DNA of 64,000 nt from Nitrososphaeria archaeon (GTDB taxonomy: Archaea > Thermoproteota > Nitrososphaeria > Nitrososphaerales > JAAOZN01), in the NCBI GenBank assembly GCA_029775855.1, contig JARVJZ010000006.1, positions 116,570-180,569 of the forward strand, written 5' to 3'. Below the pieces are notes generated by a model. That model did no database searches, had not been told where the DNA came from, and saw only the letters and a program-made list of their open reading frames with translations. The position numbers and the translations under genes are program-made. Positions 10,876 through 20,080 of the stretch are shown one piece after another; the stretch's first letter is position 1, and every line of letters begins with the position of its first letter.

Positions 10876-11707
10876 GGTGGGTAAGGTTCTCATTATAGAT
10901 GTTTCTGAATGCGTAGGATGCTACTGCTGCCAAATAGTATGTAAAGATGAACATGTTGGAAACGATTGGTCACCTTACGCTAAACCTCAACCCGACACTG
11001 GTCACTTCTGGCTTAAAGTAGATGAAATGGAGCGGGGTACCATACCTAAAGTTAAGGTCACATATACCCCGATCTTATGTATGCACTGCGACAACGCACC
11101 TTGCATACCAGCGTGTCCAGACAACGCCATAGTGAAGAGAGAGGACGGTATAGTGCTCATAAAACCGGAGAAGTGTAGTGGCTGCAAACTCTGCTTAGAC
11201 GCTTGCCCATACGGTGTGATCTACTTTAACAGCGAATTGAACATCGCTCAAAAATGCACTCTCTGTGCACACCTCCTTGATAAAGGCTGGAGTGAGACAA
11301 GGTGTGTAGGCGCTTGCCAACGCGAAGCGCTTATATTAGGAGAGGAGGGTGACCCTAAGATCAAAAGTTTAATTGAGAAGAGTGAGGTGTTCCACCCAGA
11401 GTATGGAACTAAACCTAGGGTCTATTATCTTAACTTGCCCAAGCCGTTTATAGCTGGGACCATAGTAGATTCATCTATTAGGGAATGTGTTGAGGGAGCT
11501 ACGGTGGTTGCCTTGGATCTAGTTGAGGGTGTGAGGCATCAAACGGTTTCAGACGAGTTCGGGGACTTCTGGCTTAGGGATTTAAAGTGGATGCACCGAT
11601 ACCTAATTGAGGTATCTAAGGAAGGCTATGCTTCAAAGAAGGTTTGCGTAGTCCATACTGCTAAGGATGTGAATCTAGGCACGATAACCCTAACTAAACT
11701 CATTTGA
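10868..11707 (+). CDS. transhydroxylase beta-subunit-like Fe-S protein (DmsB fold + C-terminal beta-sandwich)
   Basis: CVGCYCCQIVCKDEHVGNDW, CMHCDNAPC..ACP, CSGCKLCLDACP, KCTLCAHLLD; C-terminal SDEFGDFW domain as in AthM. Confidence 0.85.
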   Translation: MSKVGKVLIIDVSECVGCYCCQIVCKDEHVGNDWSPYAKPQPDTGHFWLKVDEMERGTIPKVKVTYTPILCMHCDNAPCIPACPDNAIVKREDGIVLIKPEKCSGCKLCLDACPYGVIYFNSELNIAQKCTLCAHLLDKGWSETRCVGACQREALILGEEGDPKIKSLIEKSEVFHPEYGTKPRVYYLNLPKPFIAGTIVDSSIRECVEGATVVALDLVEGVRHQTVSDEFGDFWLRDLKWMHRYLIEVSKEGYASKKVCVVHTAKDVNLGTITLTKLI

Positions 11708-11727
11708 CCATCTATAGTGGGATAGGT

Positions 11728-13164
11728 TTGTCTTTCCTATTTAGGAGAAAGACAGTAAGCACAGCTCTGAAGGTTTATCCGCCTAACTTTCAGGTGGAGT
11801 CTGGTAGGAGTGTGACATTAAAGGCTCATCTGAATCCTGAGAAGGCGCCTGTGGAGCGTGTTGAGTGGCGTTTAGAGGGTTTAGGTATACTTTCTGAATC
11901 AAAGGGTCCTTCCACTGTGTATACTGCGCCTAATGTAGAGCAGGAGACTAAAGTTAGGGTTGTAGCGTCTTTCCCTAAGATGAGTGAATACTTAGAGAGC
12001 TCATCTTATGCTGAGGGTGTGATCTTACCTTCTGGCTTGGCTGCTAAGTCTTCTACATTTCTTACAATATCTCCTATAAGTTTTTCGATAAATGCAGGTG
12101 AAAACATTGATTTAACAGCTGTTTTGACAGACATGCAAGGAAATCTCTTAGGCAGTAAAGAGATCGTGTGGTTCATACAACCTCAACTAGGCAAATTAAC
12201 ACCAACATCAAACAACACAGCAGTATACACCGCACCTAAAGTAGATGTTGAAAACCAAATCTTAATCAAAGCAGTCTTTCAAGGCGATGAGCAGCACCTA
12301 CCTTGTGAAGGTGTCTCAATAGGCTTAGTGACGCCACCTACACTTAACGACGAATACATACTCAGCTTTAGTAGGGCAGAGGTATCAAACCTTAAGATCG
12401 ATGGTGGAGCTGAGGTTGATGGTGTAAGGGTTGTTAGGATCAGTGTTGACTTGCTTGAAATATCTGATATGAGGATAAGTAGAGTGAATCTATCCTCGCA
12501 AAGCGGAGTTCTACAGAAGGTTGAGATATACGCAACACGCCTCACAGCGCGCATACCAGATTCAGACAAGGGGTTAGATGTTAAAGGCGAAGATGATATA
12601 CATCTTAACGCTTCTGAAGCCAGCTTAGATAACGGTGTAATCTACTTTGTGAAGATGAGTTGTCTAAGTGGGGAATTAACTCAACCTGAAGTTTTAGGGC
12701 GGTATGCTGGTGGAGATGAGCCATACCTACCTATATTACTTACGACATCAAACATAACTATGGATAGGGGCTTTTCAGTTACAGGACCAGAGACATATGG
12801 CATGTTGGAGAATAAAGCTACTAAGATACTCTGCGGGAGAATCTCTGCATCAAACTTCTTCTTAAAATGCCCTAGCAGATACAGCTTAGATAGAGAGGGA
12901 AATAATCACGAGTTTGTTGAAAAGTGGGCTCTAAACGCTTCATCAGCAGCAATAGAGGATGCTGAGATATATGCAATATACTTCAAGGTAAGAGCCCTAT
13001 TGGTATGGAGAGTTAAGGCTACTGGAGAAGAGTATATCCCAAGCATAATACCAGAAGGCCTCCACAGAGGAGAAAAAGCGCCGATAAACGAGGCGGATGT
13101 GGACATAATCTACCTCAAAGCCACTAAACTAAAGGTCAATAACGCATCATTCACTTTAAAGTAG
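11728..13164 (+). CDS. hypothetical all-beta protein with 2 Ig-like repeats and 2 further repeats
   Basis: Internal duplication (VYTAP.V..E twice; EIYA twice). Likely start TTG 11728 (track start 11704). Confidence 0.6.
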   Translation: MSFLFRRKTVSTALKVYPPNFQVESGRSVTLKAHLNPEKAPVERVEWRLEGLGILSESKGPSTVYTAPNVEQETKVRVVASFPKMSEYLESSSYAEGVILPSGLAAKSSTFLTISPISFSINAGENIDLTAVLTDMQGNLLGSKEIVWFIQPQLGKLTPTSNNTAVYTAPKVDVENQILIKAVFQGDEQHLPCEGVSIGLVTPPTLNDEYILSFSRAEVSNLKIDGGAEVDGVRVVRISVDLLEISDMRISRVNLSSQSGVLQKVEIYATRLTARIPDSDKGLDVKGEDDIHLNASEASLDNGVIYFVKMSCLSGELTQPEVLGRYAGGDEPYLPILLTTSNITMDRGFSVTGPETYGMLENKATKILCGRISASNFFLKCPSRYSLDREGNNHEFVEKWALNASSAAIEDAEIYAIYFKVRALLVWRVKATGEEYIPSIIPEGLHRGEKAPINEADVDIIYLKATKLKVNNASFTLK

Positions 13165-15499
13165 AGCGATTCTTCAACAACCAAAAGACCTTCTCAGGGG
13201 TTATAGGAAGACTGGTAACCCTAACCCCTATAGCATCCTTAACACCATTACCTATAGCTGGCGCTATAGGCAGAACCCCTAGCTCGCCTACCGAGCGTGA
13301 GCCGAAAGGCCCAGGCCCTATGCCGCTCTCTAGAATTGTAGTTTCTATGTTAGGTGTCTCAGATATAGATGCTATTAGGTAATCCATAAAGGTGCCGTTG
13401 AAGATCTGCCCTTCTTCTATAACAAGTTCTTCAAAGAGAGATGTGCTGAAACCCATCCAAGCACCTCCCTTTAGCTGCCCCTCTACTAAAGCGGGGTTGA
13501 CCGCTCTACCTACATCGGCTATAACTTTGATGTTCAAGACCTTTATTGACCCACTTTCCGGGTCTACTGCTAAGTCTACTGCTGCGCAGATAGGCGTGTA
13601 TTCTAGTGCTACTCTAGGCTTGGATGCTTGCCCTGTTTCTGGGTCTATCTCCGCTAAATCTTCGTAGAAGAAGCCTCTGCCTAGCAGTAGGCCTGTTTGC
13701 TCTATGTATGCTCCACCCATGGGTCCTGCTGTGAAGAGGGTTTCGAGGGGTATCTCTTCAGTTGTATTTTCTGACTCTACCTTCAACTTTCCGTTGCTGA
13801 ATGATATTTTATCTTTTGGTTTAGAGAGGATTTTGGAGGCTGCTTCGACTATCTGCCCCTTAAGATCTTTGACTGCTGCCAGCACGGCATTACCTAACTG
13901 GACGAGCTGCCTACTTCCGCTTGAGCCTGGTGATATAGGCGTTAGGAGGGTATCTGACGAGATCACCCTAACTTTGCTGAGTGGTATATTGAACTCTTTA
14001 GCAACGATCTGAGCAAGCCCAGTAAATGTCCCTTGACCTATGTCTGTAGCGCCGATGTAGAGGTCGATGGTTAGATCTTCGTTTAGGCGTATAAGTGCTA
14101 CGCTTGGATAGGTTATGTCACATTGATGCTTCGCTATGGCTACACCCCGACCTACAACCCAACCGTCTATGGGGCTCTTTGGTTTTGGGTTTTCATCTAA
14201 GAGCTTCTTTAATGTGTTTATGCAAAGCCTCATTGTATCGCTGTGTATCTTCTCTCCTATACAGCTCACATCGCTATCCTTTAAGATGTTTTTCAGCCTA
14301 AGTTCTAAGGGGTCTATGTTAAGCCTCTGAGCGATTTCGTTCATCTGAGACTCTATAGCCCAATATATTTGTGTTGAACCGAAGCCTCTGAACGCGCCTC
14401 CTTGAACCTGATTTGTGTAGACTCGATAGATGTCTGCCTTAAAGTTAGGTATATTGTAGACTGAGCTTATGGCGTAGATTGCGTTTCTTACAACTACATT
14501 CCCAGCTACAGAGTATGCTCCGCCGTTATATACTATGCTCATTACTCTACCAATTATCCGCCCATCTTTAGTTACAGCATCACTTAACTTAATCTCTGCC
14601 TGGTGGCGTGTAGTTGTATACATTAGGTCTTCAAGCCTCGACAAAACGAGCTTAACAGGCCTACCCTGAGTCTTTAGGGCTAGGGCTGCTACTATCGGCT
14701 CATACACAGCTGCACCTCGATTACCAAAACCTCCACCAACATGCTTTGGCACTATGACTCTAATCTTCTGCTCCGGAATCTCTAAAGCGTCTGAAATCTC
14801 TTTTCTGGTTCTAAATGGTGTTTGCCCTGAGGTGTAGATTGTAAGGGAACCATCTGGCTCCTGTTTCGCTATAATAGATGTGGGTTCAAGTTGTGCGTGC
14901 TGCACCGCTTGCGTTGTATAAGTGTTAGTGATGATAAAATCTGCTTGTTTGAATGCTTCTTCTACATCGCCAAACCTTATCTTTTGCAAAGCCGATACAT
15001 TCGGTTTATTAGGTGTTAAAGCAACCCTATACAGCTTTGACTTCAGCCGCTTGTAGCGCGATAGATCCTCATGCACAACTGTAGGAGGCTCTTCAAGTAA
15101 GGCCTCTTTGAAGTCAAAGAGAGGTGTAAGAGGTTCATACTCAACATCGACCAACTCACAAGCTGCAAAAGCTATGTCAAAAGACTCAGCAGCTACAGCT
15201 ACTACAGGCTCTCCAATATACCTAACCTTACCCCTTGCAAGTATAGGTGTGTCTAGTAGCCCTCTACCGTGCAGCCCCTTCGGCACATCTTCTGCAGTGA
15301 TTACAGCAACTACGCCGCTAAGTGATGTGGCTCTACTTGTGTCCACCTTTTTTATGAGGGCGTGTGGTAATGGGCTCCTCTTTAAGCACGCATAGAGCAT
15401 ATAAGGTAGGGTGATGTCAGTTGTATACACTGCTTTACCAGTAACCTTCTCTAATCCATATAGATTGGGTGCGCGACTTAAATTGTTCATCTTAAACAT
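13151..15499 (-). CDS. xanthine dehydrogenase family Mo-binding large subunit (stand-alone)
   Basis: KVTGKAVY, GGGFGNR, AFRGFG, IGQG, GSSGSR, VEGQLKGG, VGELG. Confidence 0.9.
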   Translation of the reverse strand: MFKMNNLSRAPNLYGLEKVTGKAVYTTDITLPYMLYACLKRSPLPHALIKKVDTSRATSLSGVVAVITAEDVPKGLHGRGLLDTPILARGKVRYIGEPVVAVAAESFDIAFAACELVDVEYEPLTPLFDFKEALLEEPPTVVHEDLSRYKRLKSKLYRVALTPNKPNVSALQKIRFGDVEEAFKQADFIITNTYTTQAVQHAQLEPTSIIAKQEPDGSLTIYTSGQTPFRTRKEISDALEIPEQKIRVIVPKHVGGGFGNRGAAVYEPIVAALALKTQGRPVKLVLSRLEDLMYTTTRHQAEIKLSDAVTKDGRIIGRVMSIVYNGGAYSVAGNVVVRNAIYAISSVYNIPNFKADIYRVYTNQVQGGAFRGFGSTQIYWAIESQMNEIAQRLNIDPLELRLKNILKDSDVSCIGEKIHSDTMRLCINTLKKLLDENPKPKSPIDGWVVGRGVAIAKHQCDITYPSVALIRLNEDLTIDLYIGATDIGQGTFTGLAQIVAKEFNIPLSKVRVISSDTLLTPISPGSSGSRQLVQLGNAVLAAVKDLKGQIVEAASKILSKPKDKISFSNGKLKVESENTTEEIPLETLFTAGPMGGAYIEQTGLLLGRGFFYEDLAEIDPETGQASKPRVALEYTPICAAVDLAVDPESGSIKVLNIKVIADVGRAVNPALVEGQLKGGAWMGFSTSLFEELVIEEGQIFNGTFMDYLIASISETPNIETTILESGIGPGPFGSRSVGELGVLPIAPAIGNGVKDAIGVRVTSLPITPEKVFWLLKNRSTLK

Positions 15500-15660
15500 G
15501 CTTCACCTATTTTGTGGGTTAACTTTTAATTATACTTTAATAATAGCAACTAAATTAATTACTATTATCGTGTAAACGGTAGAAAGCTAGATGTAAAAGA
15601 ATTATTAGCGCGTTTTAAAAATTGCAATTAAATCCTTATATGAGGAATCGCAATAATAGA

Positions 15661-17370
15661 ATGTTAGAGTTGGAGGTTTATAGCCACGACATATTAATTA
15701 TCGGCGCCGGTCTTGCGGGTCTCAGAGCAGCAATCGCAGCTGCAGAAGTAAGCAAAAACTTGGACATCGCGGTAATCTCAAAGGTGTATCCAATGAGGTC
15801 TCACTCAGTCTGCGCCCAAGGGGGCACAGCAGCGGTAATGAGAGAGGGCGATAGCCACGATCTACACGCTTATGATACCGTCAAAGGAAGTGACTTCTTA
15901 GCAGACCAAGATGTTGTAGAATTCTTTGTAAAAAGAGCAAGTGTAGAACTTGTGAAGCTGGAGCATTGGGGTATGCCTTGGAGCAGAACAGAAGATGGAA
16001 AGATAGCTCAAAGAGCGTTTGGTGGGCATAGCTTCAATAGAACATGTTATTCAGCAGATCTTGTGGGTTTTCAAGAAATGCACACGCTGTATGGGCGCGC
16101 CTTAGCATATGACAACATAGGCTTCTATGACGAATGGTTCGTTACATCTCTGATAGCTGAAGAGGGACAAGCAAAGGGTGTAACAGCTATAGAACTCAAA
16201 ACAGGAAGAATGAGCGCGTTCAGGGCGAAGGCGATAATAATGGCAACTGGAGGAGCCTGCAGAATATACCGTTTCACAACCTATTCACACACAGCCACAG
16301 GCGACGGTATGGCTATAGCCTATAGGGCTGGTGCACCTCTTGAAGATATGGAGTTCGTTCAATTCCATCCAACAGCGCTTGTGCCAAGCGGTGTATTAAT
16401 AACTGAAGCAGCCCGTGGAGAAGGCGGCTACCTCCTAAACAGCAAAAAAGAGCGTTTTATGGAAAAGTATGCAAAGGAGAAGATGGAACTGGCGCCACGC
16501 GACATAGTATCAAGGGCTGAAATGACCGAGATAATGGAGGGAAGAGCATACACTGGACCAGATAGACCCTACATAGCCCTTGATCTAACACACTTAGGCG
16601 AGGAAAAGATAAACGAACGCCTCCCGTTTATACGCGAAGTAGCGCAGAGGTTAATAGGCGTAGACCCGGTTCATGAGCATATACCAGTAGCACCCGCTGC
16701 ACACTACTCTATGGGCGGTATATCTGCGAACATAAGGACAGCAACGCCTTTGCCTCATCTATTTGCAGCTGGCGAATGTGCTTGCCTTAGCCTACACGGC
16801 GCCAACAGGTTGGGCTCTAACTCTACAGCGGAATGTCTGGTTTTTGGTGCTGTAGCTGGTGAAGAAGCAGCAAAACTTGCGCTTTCCTCAACGCTCCCAA
16901 GTCTACCTAGCGATAAGCTTAGAGAAGAAGAGAAGCGTGTCTTTGACCAAGTTTTGGGAAATGAAGGCGGTGAGAGGATCTCAGAGATTAGAAGACAAAT
17001 GATGAATATTATGGATGATAAAGTATGGATCTTTAGAGACGAGCATGGATTAGCAGAAGCGGTTAAGGCGATAAGAGCCTTAAAGGAGAAGTTTAGAAGG
17101 GCTAAAGTTGAAGACACTTCAAGAGTGTTTAATTTAGGTTTGGTAAACGCTCTTGAACTGGACTTTATGCTTGATTTAGCCGAGGTTACAGCCTTCTCAG
17201 CGTTAAACAGAAGAGAGTCAAGAGGGGCACATTCAAGAATAGATTACCCCAAGCGTAATGATACGGATTGGCTTAAACACACCTTAGCCTACCACACACC
17301 AGACGGACCGAAATTAGAATATATGCCAGTAACCATAACGAAGTGGAAACCTGTCGAAAGAAAGTATTGA
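15661..17370 (+). CDS. sdhA: succinate dehydrogenase/fumarate reductase flavoprotein subunit
   Basis: [16 protein letters not shown] (covalent-FAD His), [35 protein letters not shown]. Start uncertain (15622/15661/15670). Confidence 0.93.
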   Translation: MLELEVYSHDILIIGAGLAGLRAAIAAAEVSKNLDIAVISKVYPMRSHSVCAQGGTAAVMREGDSHDLHAYDTVKGSDFLADQDVVEFFVKRASVELVKLEHWGMPWSRTEDGKIAQRAFGGHSFNRTCYSADLVGFQEMHTLYGRALAYDNIGFYDEWFVTSLIAEEGQAKGVTAIELKTGRMSAFRAKAIIMATGGACRIYRFTTYSHTATGDGMAIAYRAGAPLEDMEFVQFHPTALVPSGVLITEAARGEGGYLLNSKKERFMEKYAKEKMELAPRDIVSRAEMTEIMEGRAYTGPDRPYIALDLTHLGEEKINERLPFIREVAQRLIGVDPVHEHIPVAPAAHYSMGGISANIRTATPLPHLFAAGECACLSLHGANRLGSNSTAECLVFGAVAGEEAAKLALSSTLPSLPSDKLREEEKRVFDQVLGNEGGERISEIRRQMMNIMDDKVWIFRDEHGLAEAVKAIRALKEKFRRAKVEDTSRVFNLGLVNALELDFMLDLAEVTAFSALNRRESRGAHSRIDYPKRNDTDWLKHTLAYHTPDGPKLEYMPVTITKWKPVERKY

Positions 17371-17384
17371 AGGAGGTTAAGCTT

Positions 17385-18890
17385 TTGGTGGAAGAGAAGA
17401 TAATCACACTTAATGTGCAGCGATATCAACCAGAGAAAGGGCAGTTCACGACATCAACATATAGGATTCCTGTGAAAAAGGGAATGACACTACTCGACGC
17501 TCTACTATATGTGCGAGACAACATAGATGGGACATTAACCATCAGACACTCTTGCAGAATGGGCATCTGCGGAAGCTGCTCAGTAATAGCTAATGGCAAA
17601 CACCTTCTAGCTTGCTATACACAAGTCCTTGACTTAGGTTCAGACACCATAACTGTTACTCCGATGCAGAACCTCCCCATGATAAGAGATCTAGTCCCAG
17701 ACCTAAAACCATTCTTTGATAAGTATAAACCGATTCAACCCTACCTCATAAAACCAGATAAAGATATGCTTATGGAAGCAGAGTTCACACAGAAGCCTGA
17801 AGAACTCAAAAAGTATTGGAATACAACACTCTGTATAAAATGCGGACTCTGCTACTCCGCTTGCCCAGTCGTCAAATCTAACCCAGATTTCCCTGGGCCT
17901 GCTGCTACCACAACACTATACCGCTTCACAATAGATAGTAGGGACAGCGGTGGAGAAGCTAGGCTTCAGCATACAGGTCCTTGGCTATGCTACTATTGTG
18001 GGGACTGCTCTATAAGCTGCCCTAAAGGAGTTGAACCCGCTGAGTCAATTATGTCTATGCGGCGGCATCTAATAACCAACTACGATTGGACGGGGATCTC
18101 ACGCATGCTCTACAATTCAAAGAAAGCATCGATAATATTCACATTAGGTTTAGCACTACTAACACTGCTCTTAGTCTGGTTCCTACACGGACCTATAATT
18201 ACAGATAGAATTGAACTCACAACATTCGCACCAATCGAAATTGTGCACAACGGCGGAATAATATACGGTTTGCTACTTGCTGCTCTACTACTTAGCAACC
18301 TCGGTAGAATGTATTGGTTCACTGTGAAGAAGAGAACTAACGGAAAGCATATACCATTAAGCACCTACTTCAAAGCGTTAAAACATGTGGTCTCAGAGTT
18401 TCTAGCACAAGCAGGCTACTCCAGATGCACACCAAAACGCGCTTGGATCAACCACTTAATACTCATGTGGGGTTACACAAGCCTATTCATACTATTTGCA
18501 ATTCTGCTGCCTTACACACTAGTTAATACTATACTTCCCTTGAGCAACCCACTGCGTTTAGCAGGCTACTTTGGCTTCACAGCTTTAACATATGCTACCC
18601 TCTACGCCATCATAGGAAGAGTTAGAAAGAAGGAGGAGTTTAGGAAATACTCACACCACACAGATTGGATGTTCCTAATACTACTCTTACTCACATCCAT
18701 AACAGGTATATTAATTCACATATTCATAGCGCTCAACTGGCCTCTTCCAACCTACATAATCTTCGCCATACACCTTGCTGTAGTCGTGCCGCTACTTGCT
18801 GAAGTGCCCTTCGGCAAATGGACTCACCTCGCCTACAGACCTTTCGCACTCTACTTTAATAGACTCAAAAGAGAAGCGGGCATCCAATAA
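17385..18890 (+). CDS. SdhB/FrdB Fe-S subunit fused to QmoC-like membrane domain
   Basis: SCRMGICGSC...C (2Fe-2S), CIKCGLCYSACP, WLCYYCGDCSISCP, then YDWTG and several TM helices with His residues (NHLILMWG, IHLAVV, KWTHLAYRP). TTG start follows GGAGG. Confidence 0.8.
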   Translation: MVEEKIITLNVQRYQPEKGQFTTSTYRIPVKKGMTLLDALLYVRDNIDGTLTIRHSCRMGICGSCSVIANGKHLLACYTQVLDLGSDTITVTPMQNLPMIRDLVPDLKPFFDKYKPIQPYLIKPDKDMLMEAEFTQKPEELKKYWNTTLCIKCGLCYSACPVVKSNPDFPGPAATTTLYRFTIDSRDSGGEARLQHTGPWLCYYCGDCSISCPKGVEPAESIMSMRRHLITNYDWTGISRMLYNSKKASIIFTLGLALLTLLLVWFLHGPIITDRIELTTFAPIEIVHNGGIIYGLLLAALLLSNLGRMYWFTVKKRTNGKHIPLSTYFKALKHVVSEFLAQAGYSRCTPKRAWINHLILMWGYTSLFILFAILLPYTLVNTILPLSNPLRLAGYFGFTALTYATLYAIIGRVRKKEEFRKYSHHTDWMFLILLLLTSITGILIHIFIALNWPLPTYIIFAIHLAVVVPLLAEVPFGKWTHLAYRPFALYFNRLKREAGIQ

Positions 18891-18972
18891 CACCCTAAAG
18901 TCATTGAAGCGTAAAACTATGATGCTCAAAGTATTTTAATTCTTCTACCGATAATAAAGAGGTGAGAGAAGA

Positions 18973-19722
18973 TTGATTAAACGCATCCACATATTAGATT
19001 GCGGCACACTTGAAATAGACATGTCATACTTTACTTGGAAGGTGAACATAGGCAAACCATACCGCTTTCCAGTTTGGTGCACCTACGTGGAGAGCGACGA
19101 AGCTAAGATTATGATAGATACTGGCTACAACCTTGAAAACGCCTTACAATACTACAGCTGGGAGAAGCCTCAGCAGAGTGAAGAGCAGAGGCTTGACAAA
19201 CAACTAGCTCTAATCGGTGTGAAGCCAGAAGATATAGATATCGTGGTTATAACACACCTCCACTTCGACCACGCAGGCTACCTCTACCTATTCAAGAACG
19301 CTAGAATAATCGTGCAAAAAGAGGAGCTAAGACATGCCTATGTGCCTGAGCCGTTTGAAGCGATAGGCTACAGCAGACCAACCTTTGACATACCAGGGTT
19401 AAAATGGGAGTGTGTTAGCGGAGACCAAAAGATAGTCGATGGGCTTAGAACCGTCTTAGCCCCTGGGCACAGCGCTGGGCATCAGATACCCATTATAGAT
19501 AGTAAAGAGCTTAACACAATAATAATTGAAAGCGACGTTATAAGCACACGCGCCAACCTAGAGAAGCACATAGTAGGTGGAATACATCTAGACCCGATGG
19601 CTCAATACGAATCTATGCTTAAACTTGAGAGAATCGCCAAAGAGACTGGGGGGAAGATATTTCTAGCGCATGACACTGAATTCTATAACACGCTTAAACG
19701 TGGTAAAGAGTATTATACTTAA
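18973..19722 (+). CDS. 4-pyridoxolactonase-like metallo-beta-lactamase fold lactonase (AHL-lactonase family)
   Basis: THLHFDH, PGHSAGH, AHD metal motifs; RFPV, IDTGY, EKPQQ, PEPFEAIGYS, HLDP resemble Mesorhizobium 4-pyridoxolactonase as recalled. Confidence 0.75.
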   Translation: MIKRIHILDCGTLEIDMSYFTWKVNIGKPYRFPVWCTYVESDEAKIMIDTGYNLENALQYYSWEKPQQSEEQRLDKQLALIGVKPEDIDIVVITHLHFDHAGYLYLFKNARIIVQKEELRHAYVPEPFEAIGYSRPTFDIPGLKWECVSGDQKIVDGLRTVLAPGHSAGHQIPIIDSKELNTIIIESDVISTRANLEKHIVGGIHLDPMAQYESMLKLERIAKETGGKIFLAHDTEFYNTLKRGKEYYT

Positions 19723-19769
19723 GACATTGGACTAAGGAGGTCAGCGGATTCGTAAGAGTCCTAGTCAAG

Positions 19770-20018
19770 ATGTTGGGGTTGGGAATATTTACAGAGGGAG
19801 AAAACGAGGTTATTGTAGATGCTTATGACGTCTTTGGTGTGATAGAGGCTCTAAAGAACAAATATCCACTCTTTAAAGAGAAGTTATGTGACCCAAGAAC
19901 TGGTAGACTATATCCTGGGTTCGACATATTCGTGAATGAGCATCCTACATTGGATGAGAAGCATGTGTTAAAGGACGGGGACGTTGTAACTATAGTTCCG
20001 ATCTTTGCTGGTGGATAA
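19770..20018 (+). CDS. MoaD/ThiS/SAMP ubiquitin-like sulfur carrier
   Basis: IFVN, LKDGDVVTIVPIFAGG with C-terminal GG; adjacent to AOR. Confidence 0.88.
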   Translation: MLGLGIFTEGENEVIVDAYDVFGVIEALKNKYPLFKEKLCDPRTGRLYPGFDIFVNEHPTLDEKHVLKDGDVVTIVPIFAGG

Positions 20019-20080
20019 TAGAAAAGAGCTTATAATGGGGAATTAAAATCTAATATAGATGCAGATAGGTTGAGTCTAAA

